A stretch of 63,134 nt of DNA, filler included, from Reticulomyxa filosa (Eukaryota > Protista > Foraminifera), in the NCBI GenBank assembly GCA_000512085.1. It is 19 parts of 19 records of this genome, joined end to end, with 100 filler letters (N's around TTAATTAATTAA, not from the genome) between each part and the next. Parts side by side here need not be neighbours in the genome. Positions count along the whole stretch, not along the records: positions 20,019 to 25,353 come from ASPP01023034.1; positions 25,454 to 27,459 come from ASPP01047246.1; positions 27,560 to 30,100 come from ASPP01008896.1; positions 30,201 to 32,160 come from ASPP01036312.1; positions 32,261 to 35,596 come from ASPP01023901.1; 14 more parts are not named here. The stretch is one strand, 5' to 3'. The position numbers and the translations under genes were made by a program. The notes beneath the pieces were generated by a model. It ran no database searches, had not been told where the DNA came from, and worked only from the letters and a program-made list of their open reading frames with translations. Shown here one piece after another: positions 24,923 to 35,696 of the stretch (positions are counted from its first letter, which is position 1; each line of letters starts with the position of its first letter).

Positions 24923-25353
24923 ATGCACTACGCTCATGCTGCAAGGGCAATGTTATTCCACATCATTTGTGTCTTTGTGACGATAATCGAACATGCAAAA
25001 GCCCAGAGTACATGTCATTGGAATTTGTGTGTAACGTTGCAAAACGCGACTACGCTGACGTACAGAAAAAGTGCAGGAGGAAAGGATTGGACTTTTCCAC
25101 AAGCAGCAGCAAGTGTGAATATATACAATGGAGAGCAGTTGCTTGCAGCGCATTGGAGTAGCACTTGCAATGGGAGTAGTGCATGTGTGTGGTCAGAGAC
25201 GTATTGTATCCCATACAACAACATAAGCCAAATGCGTCTTGGCTTGAGAATCATTGACACTCACAACCAATCAAATTCCTTGGAATCTCCGCTCATCTCT
25301 GAGAACATTACTGACATCGATTTACTTTTGTCACCAGTTTTTTTTTTTTTTTT
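24923..25353 (+). CDS. Hypothetical secreted protein, first exon, truncated
   Basis: Signal-peptide-like MLFHIICVFVTIIEHAKA|Q followed by Cys/Trp-containing sequence; runs into a GT-polyT intron at the contig end. Confidence 0.55.
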
Positions 25354-25479
25354 NNNNNNNNNNNNNNNNNNNNNNNNNNNNNNNNNNNNNNNNNNNNTTA
25401 ATTAATTAANNNNNNNNNNNNNNNNNNNNNNNNNNNNNNNNNNNNNNNNNNNNTTTTTTTTTTTTGCTACGAGTACAGT

Positions 25480-26100
25480 CAACACTTCAAGTAATGTCGG
25501 AAACACGTAAAGCGACTTTGTCAAACAAATGACATTTGAATTGAGTGAGCTGCGCAAAAAAGACAACGAAGAAATTGGTAGTATGATGATATTTGTAGGC
25601 GAGGAACAAAGCACTCAACTACCAAAGCTTTTAACGAACATCATAATGAGTCTTACACCTCTTCCAACACCTTTTCGGCCTGTAAATTGTCATCCGCATG
25701 TTGTGGGCTTCGATTGCTTACAACACTTTTTTTTTCTTGGTACTTTTTAAATAAAGTGCGAAAGTTGTAATTGTCTTTCGTAATGAACTCGTCCTGCGCT
25801 CTTAAGTGCTTGGCCAAAATGATTTTGGATTGGCCTGTCAGACCAACTTGGCCATTTTGCCAGTCTAAGAGTCCCAAACTCTTGTGCAAAGATTTCTTTA
25901 TCATTTCCAGCAAGTTTTTCGATTTGGATCGCTGACTGTTCAACTTTTCCATCATCTTTTTTTTTTGGAAGACAGTCCCTTTTCATTGACTTTTTGAACA
26001 CCGTAATTCCTCAATCTGCCACCTGCTTAAAATGAGCCAGTAATAAGTTTTCCAAATTTTTCGCTTCCTTTGCGTTATTTTGTAAAAAATTACAAAACGT
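25480..26100 (-). pseudogene. Disrupted hypothetical gene
   Basis: Overlapping Lys/Glu-rich ORFs in different frames (25747-26001 and 25653-25955) with in-frame stops nearby. Confidence 0.3.
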
Positions 26101-26326
26101 AGTATAGTTTCCAAATCAAGTTTCGTTGTTTTTTTTTAAAAAAAAGTATTAAAAAAAAAATGACAAACAACGTAACTGTTTCAACTATTATACGCATACT
26201 TTATTCTAATGTTTGAACAAATACTTTTTTCTTTAAAAAAAAAGTGGAGGGGAAGGGAACAAGTAGGATCGTCATGAACTTTTTTTTTTAAAAAAAAAAA
26301 GAAGTTATTAAACATTCTTCGATACA

Positions 26327-27109
26327 ATGTATTCGTGCAAACGCGAATTGATAATAGTGTTGGTGTTGATAACAACATCAGTAAGTGTAATATTGATAGT
26401 ACTAATGATATACAAAGTGAGTCTTACAACCAAAGTGAAAGAGACCATTTGGCATGCGTACTACTGCACAAGAGTCCTTCATCAAAGCAAAGCCCAGTTT
26501 GTTCGCTTTCGAATCTTCGCTGCAGTCTTTGATCTTGTCGATGTTCTTTTCACTACTACTACGGTTTTTTTTTTTAAATACATTGCATATATATATAAAT
26601 ATATGTATATTGTTGTTACAATTGGATCTTATTATAATTTGATCAAATGAATGAGGAAAAAAAGGGCTTGGTTTTTGTTCGGCAAACTGTTCAAATTTGT
26701 TCGCGCGATGGTTCGAGAACGCACTCCGACAATTGGTCTCTAGTCAATCGCATTGATCATTGAAAACGATGACAAAAAGTCGAAAAAAGATATAACAATG
26801 GCAGGCAATGATAACAATGAGAATAATAATAATGACAATTATGATGATATTGAAAATGAAGTAGAGATTGCCAAACAAACTACGCAGAGTAGTCGATTGG
26901 ACACCCCACGTGCAATACATCGGTTTCATCAGGCCACAAAAGACCAAAACGACGTCTTGTTATTGGCCGTCAAATGGGTCACCTTGATTATCGTGTCCGT
27001 CATTTCCTTGTTTTTCATTGTCACGCTTAATGAAGTGAGTACTCCTCAAATCGCTGACATTGTTAATTTTGTTTGTGTATATACGTATTTTTTTAGATTT
27101 GCAAAATGA
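26327..27109 (+). CDS. Hypothetical multi-pass membrane protein (serpentine-like), probably disrupted
   Basis: Hydrophobic helices in 26327-26650 and 26950-27109 separated by an Asn/Asp-rich loop; exon structure not resolved. Confidence 0.4.
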
Positions 27110-27559
27110 TCATTTTGTCATATTGTCATATGAAACTGTAGTGGCAGAAAGAACTCAAAGTGTCATGTAAAAGACGCATATTTTGATTGCCCTCGTCAAA
27201 GTTTATGCACTAGACAAAACGAGTGCAAGGACTCGAGTTAGGTAACGGAATAATTATTGATCAAATCAAAAAGCTATTGCCAATACAATTTCATTACAAC
27301 TAAAACAGTTGTACAAAAAAATTGATAATCACGTATTTAACTTGTTTCTTCTCCAAAAAAAACTCTACATTAATTGTAATGACTCCACAAACTCTGCATT
27401 CATTCGAGCGACTCCAAAAAGTTAGTTTGAGTTTTTAATGAATAAACACGATAAAAAAGNNNNNNNNNNNNNNNNNNNNNNNNNNNNNNNNNNNNNNNNN
27501 NNNTTAATTAATTAANNNNNNNNNNNNNNNNNNNNNNNNNNNNNNNNNNNNNNNNNNNN

Positions 27560-27740
27560 TCTTCTTGTTATCTGCTTCCTTCAATATATTAATAATCTTC
27601 TCGAATGTTTCTTTCTTTACACCGGTTAAACGACGAAATTGGTCTGAATTTAACCCTTTGATAGCTTCGTATTTCATAACTTCCTATATTAGTTACTAAA
27701 TACTTTTTAATCTATTTCTTTTAGTTTCGAAAGAAGTCTA
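27560..27740 (-). mobile_element. IS5-family (ISL2/IS1381-like) insertion sequence: left end and transposase N-terminus
   Basis: ORF from 27677 reads MKYEAIKGLNSDQFRRLTGVKKETFEKIINILKEA, carrying the F.RL.GV...TF motif. Terminus TAGACTTCTTTCGAAAC at 27740 abuts the fumC fragment. Confidence 0.8.
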
Positions 27741-27966
27741 TTGTGTTAATGGAATAGTACCTAATAAAGAAAGGGTAAAACAGCTATTGAATGAATCGCT
27801 CATGCTAGTTACTGCTTTAAACCCGTATATAGGTTATGATAACGCTGCCAAAATAGCTAAAAATGCTCATAAAAAGGGAATCACTCTAAAAGAATCAGCG
27901 CTTGAGCTTAAGCTTTTAACTAAAGAAGAATTTGATAAATGGGTTAAGCCAGAGAAAATGATTTAA
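27739..27966 (+). pseudogene. fumC: Fumarate hydratase class II, C-terminal fragment cut off by the IS
   Basis: Translates [74 protein letters not shown], the FumC C-terminal signature. Confidence 0.92.
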
Positions 27967-27975
27967 TAATGTAGA

Positions 27976-28779
27976 TTAAATTATTTTTATTGCAATTCCT
28001 TCTACTTCAAATTCACGATTAGGTGTGGATTCGACTTCTTCAATTCTCAAAAGAGCTAGACCTTTTGGGCCGATTACGCTCAAGATTTCGCCTATCTTAC
28101 GATCTTGTTTGTTAATTTGCGTTCCAGGTTGGATAAGGTTATTTGTTCCACGTGGAACAAATTCAAACTTATAAATTTGTTTTCTAATAACTCCCCGATA
28201 GCGTGTTCTTGCTATAACTTCTTGACCCACATAGCAACCTTTTAAGTAATCGACGGCATTAAATTTATCAAATCCTAATTCCAATGGGAAAAATTTCTCA
28301 GGTTTTAAATCATGTCCTAAATCTGGGATTAGTAAGGAGTGCATTTTTTCAATATATTTTTCAGGGTTTTCCTTTGTATAATTTATTGCTATTGTAGGGT
28401 TTATATATCCTCTATATCCTAAAGCTGAATTTCTCGGATCTAGATAAAATAACTCGTTCCCTTTAGCAAAGCTTGCCAGGACAACGAGTTCATTTGATAA
28501 ATCAGCAATATCTACCCTCGCCCTTAATTTATATAATCGCAATTTTTTAAGTATTTCATCTTTATAAGGCTGTGGAATATCTAATATATATTCCTCTCCC
28601 TTTTTAGTGATAAAAAAATCGTATAATATTTTGCCTTGGGGTGTGAGTAGCAATGCATACATTAGGTTGTTATTGTCCGCTTTTTTAATATCATTAGATA
28701 TCAATCCTTGCAGAAATTCTGCACTATCATTTCCAGATACTTTTACAACGCATCTATCGCTTAAAGCAAAAACCTGCAT
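27976..28779 (-). CDS. ygfZ: Folate-binding Fe-S/tRNA-modification protein YgfZ (GcvT family), bacterial
   Basis: VSGNDSAEFLQGLISND, LLTPQGKILYD and the signature KGCYVGQE; intronless; start lies 2 nt from the arginase stop. Confidence 0.93.
   Translation of the reverse strand: MQVFALSDRCVVKVSGNDSAEFLQGLISNDIKKADNNNLMYALLLTPQGKILYDFFITKKGEEYILDIPQPYKDEILKKLRLYKLRARVDIADLSNELVVLASFAKGNELFYLDPRNSALGYRGYINPTIAINYTKENPEKYIEKMHSLLIPDLGHDLKPEKFFPLELGFDKFNAVDYLKGCYVGQEVIARTRYRGVIRKQIYKFEFVPRGTNNLIQPGTQINKQDRKIGEILSVIGPKGLALLRIEEVESTPNREFEVEGIAIKII
28144..28159. promoter_or_regulatory. parS centromere-like site within ygfZ
   Basis: TGTTCCACGTGGAACA matches the bacterial parS consensus TGTTNCACGTGNAACA; part of a perfect 22-bp palindrome at 28141-28162. 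Confidence 0.8.
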
Positions 28780-28780
28780 A

Positions 28781-29495
28781 CTATTTCAATAATTGCTCAA
28801 TGAGTGTAATTAATATTTTTAATGTTTTGTTATCAACATCTAGCTCAGGATTAAATTCTACAATTTCTAATCCCTTGAGCTTAGGATGTTTATACAGCAA
28901 GTTTGCACAATTGTAAAATTCTTGAAAATCTATTCCATTTTCAACCGCATAACCTGTGCCAGGGGCTTGATGCGCTTCAAAGCAATCCAGATCTATACTT
29001 ACCCCAAAATGTTTGACAAGGTTTTCTAAATGTGTGATTACTTCTTTTATTACTTGGGCTAATCCTCTTTGTTTTATTTCTTCTATATAGTAAATTTTCA
29101 CTCCAAGTTGCTCGAGAAAATTCTTTTCATTTTCTTCAAAACTTCTTGCACCGATGTATACTAAATGTTTTGGATTGATTTTTGGTTTGAAGTTAAAGAT
29201 ATTGATTAGCTCTTCTTCACCGTAACCTAAAAGAGCTGCAACCGGCATTCCATGGTATGCTTTTGAAGGAGAATCTTCATAGGTATGAGCATCTAAATGG
29301 GCATCTATCCAAATTAGTTCAAATTTTTCTTGTGCATTTAAACCTTTAATAATTCTGATCCAAGTACCAATAGCAATTGAATGGTCTCCTCCAATAATTA
29401 TAGAGAAGTTATGGTTTGAAGTAGTGGTTAAAACCGCGTCAGCTAATTGTTGGTTGAAATTAGCAACCAATAGTAAGCAAGCCTTATTAATTAGC
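28781..29495 (-). pseudogene. rocF: Arginase, N-terminally truncated at the ISAs1 element
   Basis: GGDHS, WIDAHLD, HGMP, SIDLD and IVEFNP ureohydrolase motifs. The ORF's first residues come from the IS inverted repeat, and the usual N-terminal strand is absent. Confidence 0.85.
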
Positions 29496-29841
29496 CAGGG
29501 CAATCGGATGAACATAGGCTAAAAATTGCTGGATTTGAGCCATATAAAGATCGCTCCAACCAGCGGTAACCCGCTTAATAGCCAAGCTTTTCTTAGCTTG
29601 ATCTTTCTTTAAAATATTTAAAGCTATTCGTCTGACTATAGCATAATTTTCAGCCCCATGGTTTTTTCTTAACCTTGATTGATCCTCATTAAAGGTAACG
29701 TCAAGAACCCAATGCAATGTATTCTCCACTTGCCAGTGAGACCGAATGGCGTTGCCTATTTGCTTAGCATCTGCTTTTAGAGAGCTGATATAATAACGTA
29801 CTTCTGTAGTAGATTTGTCTTTTATTCATCCGATTGCCCTG
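29496..29841 (-). mobile_element. Internally deleted ISAs1-family element (346 bp)
   Basis: Perfect 17-bp IRs CAGGGCAATCGGATGAA (29496-29512 and 29825-29841) enclose only the transposase C-terminus RYYISSL...IRSHWQVENTLHWVLDVTFNED. Confidence 0.9.
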
Positions 29842-30200
29842 ATTGTAGAGTATTGATAAGTATTTTTTGCTTGCGTTAGTTTTAATTACTTACTATATGT
29901 TTTAATTACTTCTATACAGCAAAATGATTTATAAGAGCTTGAAGTTTGACAAATAAGCTTATCAGGAAGGTATAAATAGGCTAGTTTGTAGATAAATGAA
30001 GTTTTGTAACAAGCTATCTGCAATAGGCAAATCCGATTCATGCACCAAAGCCCTTGCGAACCACTATAGATGCCATGTTTGCAGCAGGAATGAAGGGATG
30101 NNNNNNNNNNNNNNNNNNNNNNNNNNNNNNNNNNNNNNNNNNNNTTAATTAATTAANNNNNNNNNNNNNNNNNNNNNNNNNNNNNNNNNNNNNNNNNNNN

Positions 30201-30797
30201 CGTTCATCATCCAAATTAATCAATACATTCACTAGACATACTGATTATGTGCAGAGTATTGATTATTCAACATTTGGTGATTGCCAATTCATTTGTTCTG
30301 GATCACATGCGAGCTGCTTTATGCAATGCAGTATAACCATACTTATTCGTTTGATTCAAATCTAATTCAGGTAGCTTATACTGTATCCATTCCATTACTC
30401 GACATTGTCCAGTCGCAGCCACTGCATGAAAGATAGTGCTTCCTTCTCCGTTTGGCTCTTTCAACATTTGTTTAATTGCTTCAAAGGATACGTACTCGTC
30501 CAACCATTTGATTGCTTCTTCAATATTTGAATTACATTGCATTCCATCCGCCCAATAAAATATAATATTTTGATGCAGGTCATCGCAAACTCTTGACAGC
30601 CATCCGTTATTTTTTAGTAATGCTGACGCACAGCTCCATTTTCCGCGCCTTAACGCATACAGAAATAATTTCTGCAAATGTTCCTCTAGCTCTTTTTGGG
30701 GTGCAAGCCAAGTCAATAATTCTTTTGGATTGTCTTTATCTATCCAGTCTTCTCCTGTAGATGGTCCAGATTCTGGCAGATCTGATCCAGATGCCAT
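30201..30797 (-). CDS. Ankyrin-repeat protein, N-terminal part, truncated
   Basis: GSTIFHAVAATGQ and NQTNKYGYTALHKAAR ankyrin motifs; probable intron from ~30308. Confidence 0.8.
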
Positions 30798-31209
30798 CTT
30801 GTTGAAAAACTTACTCCAAAAAAAAAAAAAAATTATATTTACAAAAAAAATTTAATTGAAGTGTTTTTTTTTTTGCAAAGTTTTTTTTTTTTTTTTTTTT
30901 TTGCGTCTTAAGCCTGTAATTGTCTTATGTACTGTTTTCATCACACTTTTGAAAATTTTTTTTGTAGTTTAGTTTTGGATGTATGTCATCTTTTTTGAAA
31001 TGTTTAACTTTTTAACATAGTCAAAATTAAAGTTTAAACTGTACATTTAGACAAGAAAAAATCCTTTATGTCACGAGTTGTCGTGGTTGAAGTTAAATTG
31101 TTAATACTTTTGATTGCATTTAACTCAAAAACAAATCATTGGATAACTCAAGCAAAAAAAGAATGAGTAACAAATACAGACCAAAAAAAAAAAAAGAGCA
31201 AGAAAAAAC

Positions 31210-32100
31210 TAAATTTCTACGAAGATTGCGAACAAGTTCTAATGACACCCGCAAAAACTGGAGGCAAAACAACATAACCTTTTGACTTGGGTTGTGTTAG
31301 ACTCGCTAGCATTGCCAACAATAAACAACAAAATGACTTGTTTTCGCTGATGCACTGTTCGAACTAATTTCTCCGGTCTTTCTCTGTAATCCGAAATAAT
31401 AACAACAAGCACAGCATTTCTCGATTATCAACAACCGCATAATCTGATGTATTGTTATTCGTATTGCGTTTTTGTTTTTGGAAAATGCTTTTGAGCGTTC
31501 ATTCAGAGTCTAGCAAGACATTGACGACAGTGCCAACCAGATCTTGCGCAAATGAAAATTGCGAAAAATAACGCACCAGTGTTGTTGTTATCACTGACAA
31601 CATTATTTAAAAAATGTAGTATTTCGACTTTGTGTCCAAATGACAGCACTACAATTTTTTCAACCTCCAACTTGTACAAAGTATTGCATCTCCACTCAAT
31701 TTGGTCTGTTTGAAATTGTTCAAAAATGGTACACGCTTGTTCGCACAGTTATTGCCACTATAGATTCGTGACCATGCAAAAGCTGTTGCAACATTTGTTT
31801 TGTCATATCTTTCAAATTCGAGTTCGTGCTATCATTGAACGTGTTTTTCCAATTGTTCAAATTGCACAATCAATTCGGATTTATCTTTGGTTTGCATTTC
31901 TTGTCTTACCAATGTTGTATTTATACCTTGTATTCTTGTTTATGTGCGTATACTTTTATTTGTTTGTATCATTGTTGTATACGTGATCATGTTTATGTTT
32001 GTATTTGTCGTATTAGTATTTGTGTTCGTGTTCTCATTATTCGTTATTATTTGTTAATGTCGATATTAAATTAACATTATTCGTATACTTATATAGGCTT
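31210..32100 (-). pseudogene. Heavily degraded hypothetical gene
   Basis: Coding-like frame segments (QITNNENTNTNT, QEMQTKDKSELIVQFEQLEK, LVRYFSQFSFAQDLVGTVVNVLLD) with many stops. Confidence 0.3.
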
Positions 32101-32299
32101 GTAATTGTTTTTGCTTGTATAAAGTGTTCTAAAAATGATTTGTAAACATTTTTTTTTTTGNNNNNNNNNNNNNNNNNNNNNNNNNNNNNNNNNNNNNNNN
32201 NNNNTTAATTAATTAANNNNNNNNNNNNNNNNNNNNNNNNNNNNNNNNNNNNNNNNNNNNATATATATATATATATATTGTGTATATATTTATATTAAC

Positions 32300-33104
32300 A
32301 TTTGAGGCTTTGTTTTTTGCGAAAGCGTGTTGCCTGCTTTCTCTTTAAGAAGTGAAGAGGATTGAAGCTGTTCAGTGGGACGATTGGACTCGTGTTTGGT
32401 CCTGTGACTCTGTTCTTGTGACGTCACCGTATCTCCACGATTGTTTGTGGCCTGCGGATGGTTAGGTTGTGCGGGGTTGTGGTATGGATCCCACCAGCCT
32501 TGTTCCGCGTCGTATGGAAGCATTTGTTCCGGAGGAGCGTCATAGCCATACGTCGCGGTGTAGCCTCCACTTCCCCACGCGGACGCCGGATTCATCGTGG
32601 CGTCGTCATACCATCCCGAAGGCATGTCGTAGCCGTGGCGTTGAGAAGTGTAATAGCGCTGAAATTCCGCATTCAATGCGTGTTGGTACCATTCTTGATT
32701 TTGCAATGCGCCCGACCCTAGCATGTGGAGCGAAACAGCAAAAATATATGAACAAACTAAGCAAAATAATAAATGTAATTTAAAAAAAAAAAAAAAAGAA
32801 ATATAATGTATATAATTGTTTGTTTGTTTGTTTTAATTGAAAGACTTGTCATGTCATATCCAGCGAGTGGCGCATACGCAGCCTCTGGCCTTTGTGTGTG
32901 TGACGAGCGTTCAAAGTCCTGATAGTAGAATTGTCCACCGCCGCGAGTCTGGGACTGTCCTTGTATTTGGGATTGAAGTTGAGGTTGTGCATTCCCACCT
33001 CTGGACGGATAAGTTTGAAACGCAGCACCATATCCTTGGTTGGTGGTGATGGGTGCATCACGACGATGTTGTTGATGTTGGTGTTGATGTTGATGTTGAT
33101 GTTG

Positions 33105-33161
<57 letters not shown>

Positions 33162-34350
33162 GCTGTTGCTGTTGCTGTTGTTGCTGTTGCTGTTGTTGAT
33201 GACTACGATTATGATTGTGATTGTGACTGTGATTGTGATTGCGACTGGAGTGGTTATTGGAGTTGTTATGGCTATTGTGACTATTATGACTGTTACGATG
33301 ATTGAAAGCATTGTGATGACTCGAATTTGGATGACTGTTACTATATTCGTGATCTTCGTCATGGCTGCTATGCATGCGATCTTCTTGTTCTTTCACCTCT
33401 TCATCGTGCCCATTTTCACTGTCATCACTATCGCCATTGCCATTATTGTTACTGTTTTTATTACTATTTCGATGACTCATCTTTCTGTTACTCCGCTTGT
33501 TGCTGCTGCTATTGCGATCGCTGCTGCCATTCTTGCCTCGGCGTTGACCCTCGCTCGACTTGGGCAATGGAGTTTTTTTGGCGGTCCCTTTTGTGATTGT
33601 TCGCGTCGATGTCGAAGGGGTCATTGTTGCAGCAGTAGCTGTGGCTGTGGCTGTGGCTGTGGCTGTGGTCGTGGTCGTGGTCATCATCATCATTGTCATC
33701 TCTTCTTCCATCTCCTTATTCATCGATCTGGCCTTGGCCATCGCCACCGCTTTCGACTCCGCTTCGGCCATGGTCTTCACTTTCATGTCTTTATTGTGCA
33801 GTTTCACTTTCAAGTCTTTCATGTTTTGTCTCTTTTGCTTCTCCTTATCTTTGTCTTTATCTTTGTCTTTGTCTTTATCTTTGCTTTTTTCTTTCTCCTT
33901 CTTTGTCTTTGATGTGGACATTGCCTCACTCGACCTATCTTTTTCTCTCTCTTTGCTATATCTTTGCGATCGCTTTGCAATTGACCCCTCTTCTTCTTGT
34001 TCTTGCTCTTGCTCTTGTTCTCTATCTTCTGTCTTGCGCTCTTTCATTCGATTACTTCCTACGCTCCCAACCACTTGCATCGTCATCCCGCCATACGGCT
34101 GCACTGGAATGTACATACTATGTCCTGACACTGTCGGAGTGCTCCATACATACGCTCCTGACATCTCACTCAAATACGCTTGCTGCGGATATGCTCCCGG
34201 AATCAACATCGATCGCACTTTTGGCGCTTCCAACACATTGTAGCTCACACCTTTTGCTACGTCGTCTCTTGAACTCGTCCCTTTACGACCAGGGGACACC
34301 GATCGCTGACGTTCACTTTTTTTACTCGACTGATGCGTTCGTGTAGTCAT
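32300..34350 (-). CDS. Hypothetical intrinsically disordered protein (KD, TA, H/N and poly-Q/N repeats; Y/G/Q-rich C-terminal part)
   Basis: ORFs 34350-33058, ~33060-32840 and 32724-32310 are joined by a frame change in the (GTT)n tract and an AT-rich intron at ~32845-32730. Confidence 0.6.
33066..33200. repeat. (GTT)n / (GTTGAT)n / (GTTGCT)n coding microsatellite
   Basis: Tandem trinucleotide and hexanucleotide repeats directly visible. Confidence 0.95.
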
Positions 34351-35007
34351 GTTCCCAACTGTTTTTGAGTTAGTCTTATGATTTGATGATCAAAGCTGAC
34401 CTTCGAAAAGAAAGTGCCTTGAGTAATGTATTATCAATATTATTATAATATTATTTTGTTGGGCAGTGGAGTTTTTTTTTAACATTAATGCCTTTCTTCT
34501 ATGAATTTGCAATTCGATTGCAGTTTGTATTTGGCATATCTGCTAAAACCAGGACCACACATTCTACAATTATTTAAGCGTGTTGTTTGTCATAACTTTT
34601 CTTTTTAGTTGCAGGAGCAATTGCATCAAAGAATTTTTATTAAAATAGAACGAATCTTTAAAAACAAGCTGCGACAAAACAAAGAAAAAAGTGCAATAAA
34701 AATATGTCAATAGTTTTATTTTTTGCGATGTTTTTGCTTATCCCATTAACAATTCACTTTTACTTGGTCAATTTACTTTGTCTTATTGTGAAACATGCTG
34801 CTTGCCACAAGACTTGCGCAAAGTGTGATAAGAAAGGTTGACTTATTTGAGCATATTTCAAATTTTTTTCTGTATTAAAATTGTTGGTATTTATAAATTT
34901 AGTTTAGCTGTTTCAAATCTTATTATATTGGCTCCAATTTAGGAAATGGAAATAATCTATCTTACTACTCAAAAAAAATTGCAATAAATTTCATTGAAAA
35001 ATTTCAT

Positions 35008-35596
35008 TCATCCAAGAACGTAAATATGTCCTTTATAATAGCCATAACATAAATTAACATTACAATTATCAGATTACTTTTTTATTGTTTTTTTCTCGCT
35101 TGTCCAATAACACAAATTTAAGACATAATATTCCATTACCTTCTTCTTCACCTTTGATAATATACAGTTCATTCTTATTTGATCGAATATCTCAAAATCG
35201 AATTGTATTATCAGTTAATTCAGAACATATCACATTTGAACTACCACAAATTTCGATATTATTTACAACAAATGGTGAATATACAACAGTCATCAACCAA
35301 TTTTTATGTCTATTGAACACTTGAATTTGTTTACCATAAACGAACAGTTTCATCATCAGACCCAGATAATATTGTATTTGCACACCAATATTTCCTAATT
35401 CACTCGATCCATATGTTACACTTCTAAGCTAATCTTCATGTCCTTCAAATACAATCAACTGTTTTGTTGTTTCAATATCCCACACACGAATAGTTCTATC
35501 ATTTGATCCAGGACAAAAGGTATATCCAGTACCACCAATCACACCAATACTGTTACTTTTATTATCATTGTCATTGCTTTGCAACGGTGAAATGTC
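35008..35596 (-). pseudogene. WD40 family pseudogene
   Basis: DISPLQSN...GYTFCPGSNDRTIRVWDIETTKQ is paralogous to 45334-45951, with in-frame stops (GHED*, RF*DIRS), frameshifts and deletions. Confidence 0.85.
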
Positions 35597-35696
35597 NNNN
35601 NNNNNNNNNNNNNNNNNNNNNNNNNNNNNNNNNNNNNNNNTTAATTAATTAANNNNNNNNNNNNNNNNNNNNNNNNNNNNNNNNNNNNNNNNNNNN

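Noticed and set aside
30101-30797. Ankyrin gene as a symbiont effector next to the bacterial genes
   Set aside because: It is on a separate contig with host-like poly-A/T flanks and a probable intron; the adjacency is artificial.
31210-32100. Stop-codon reassignment to explain in-frame stops
   Set aside because: Intact genes in the window end in TAA, TAG or TGA and have no internal stops, while broken loci also have frameshifts.
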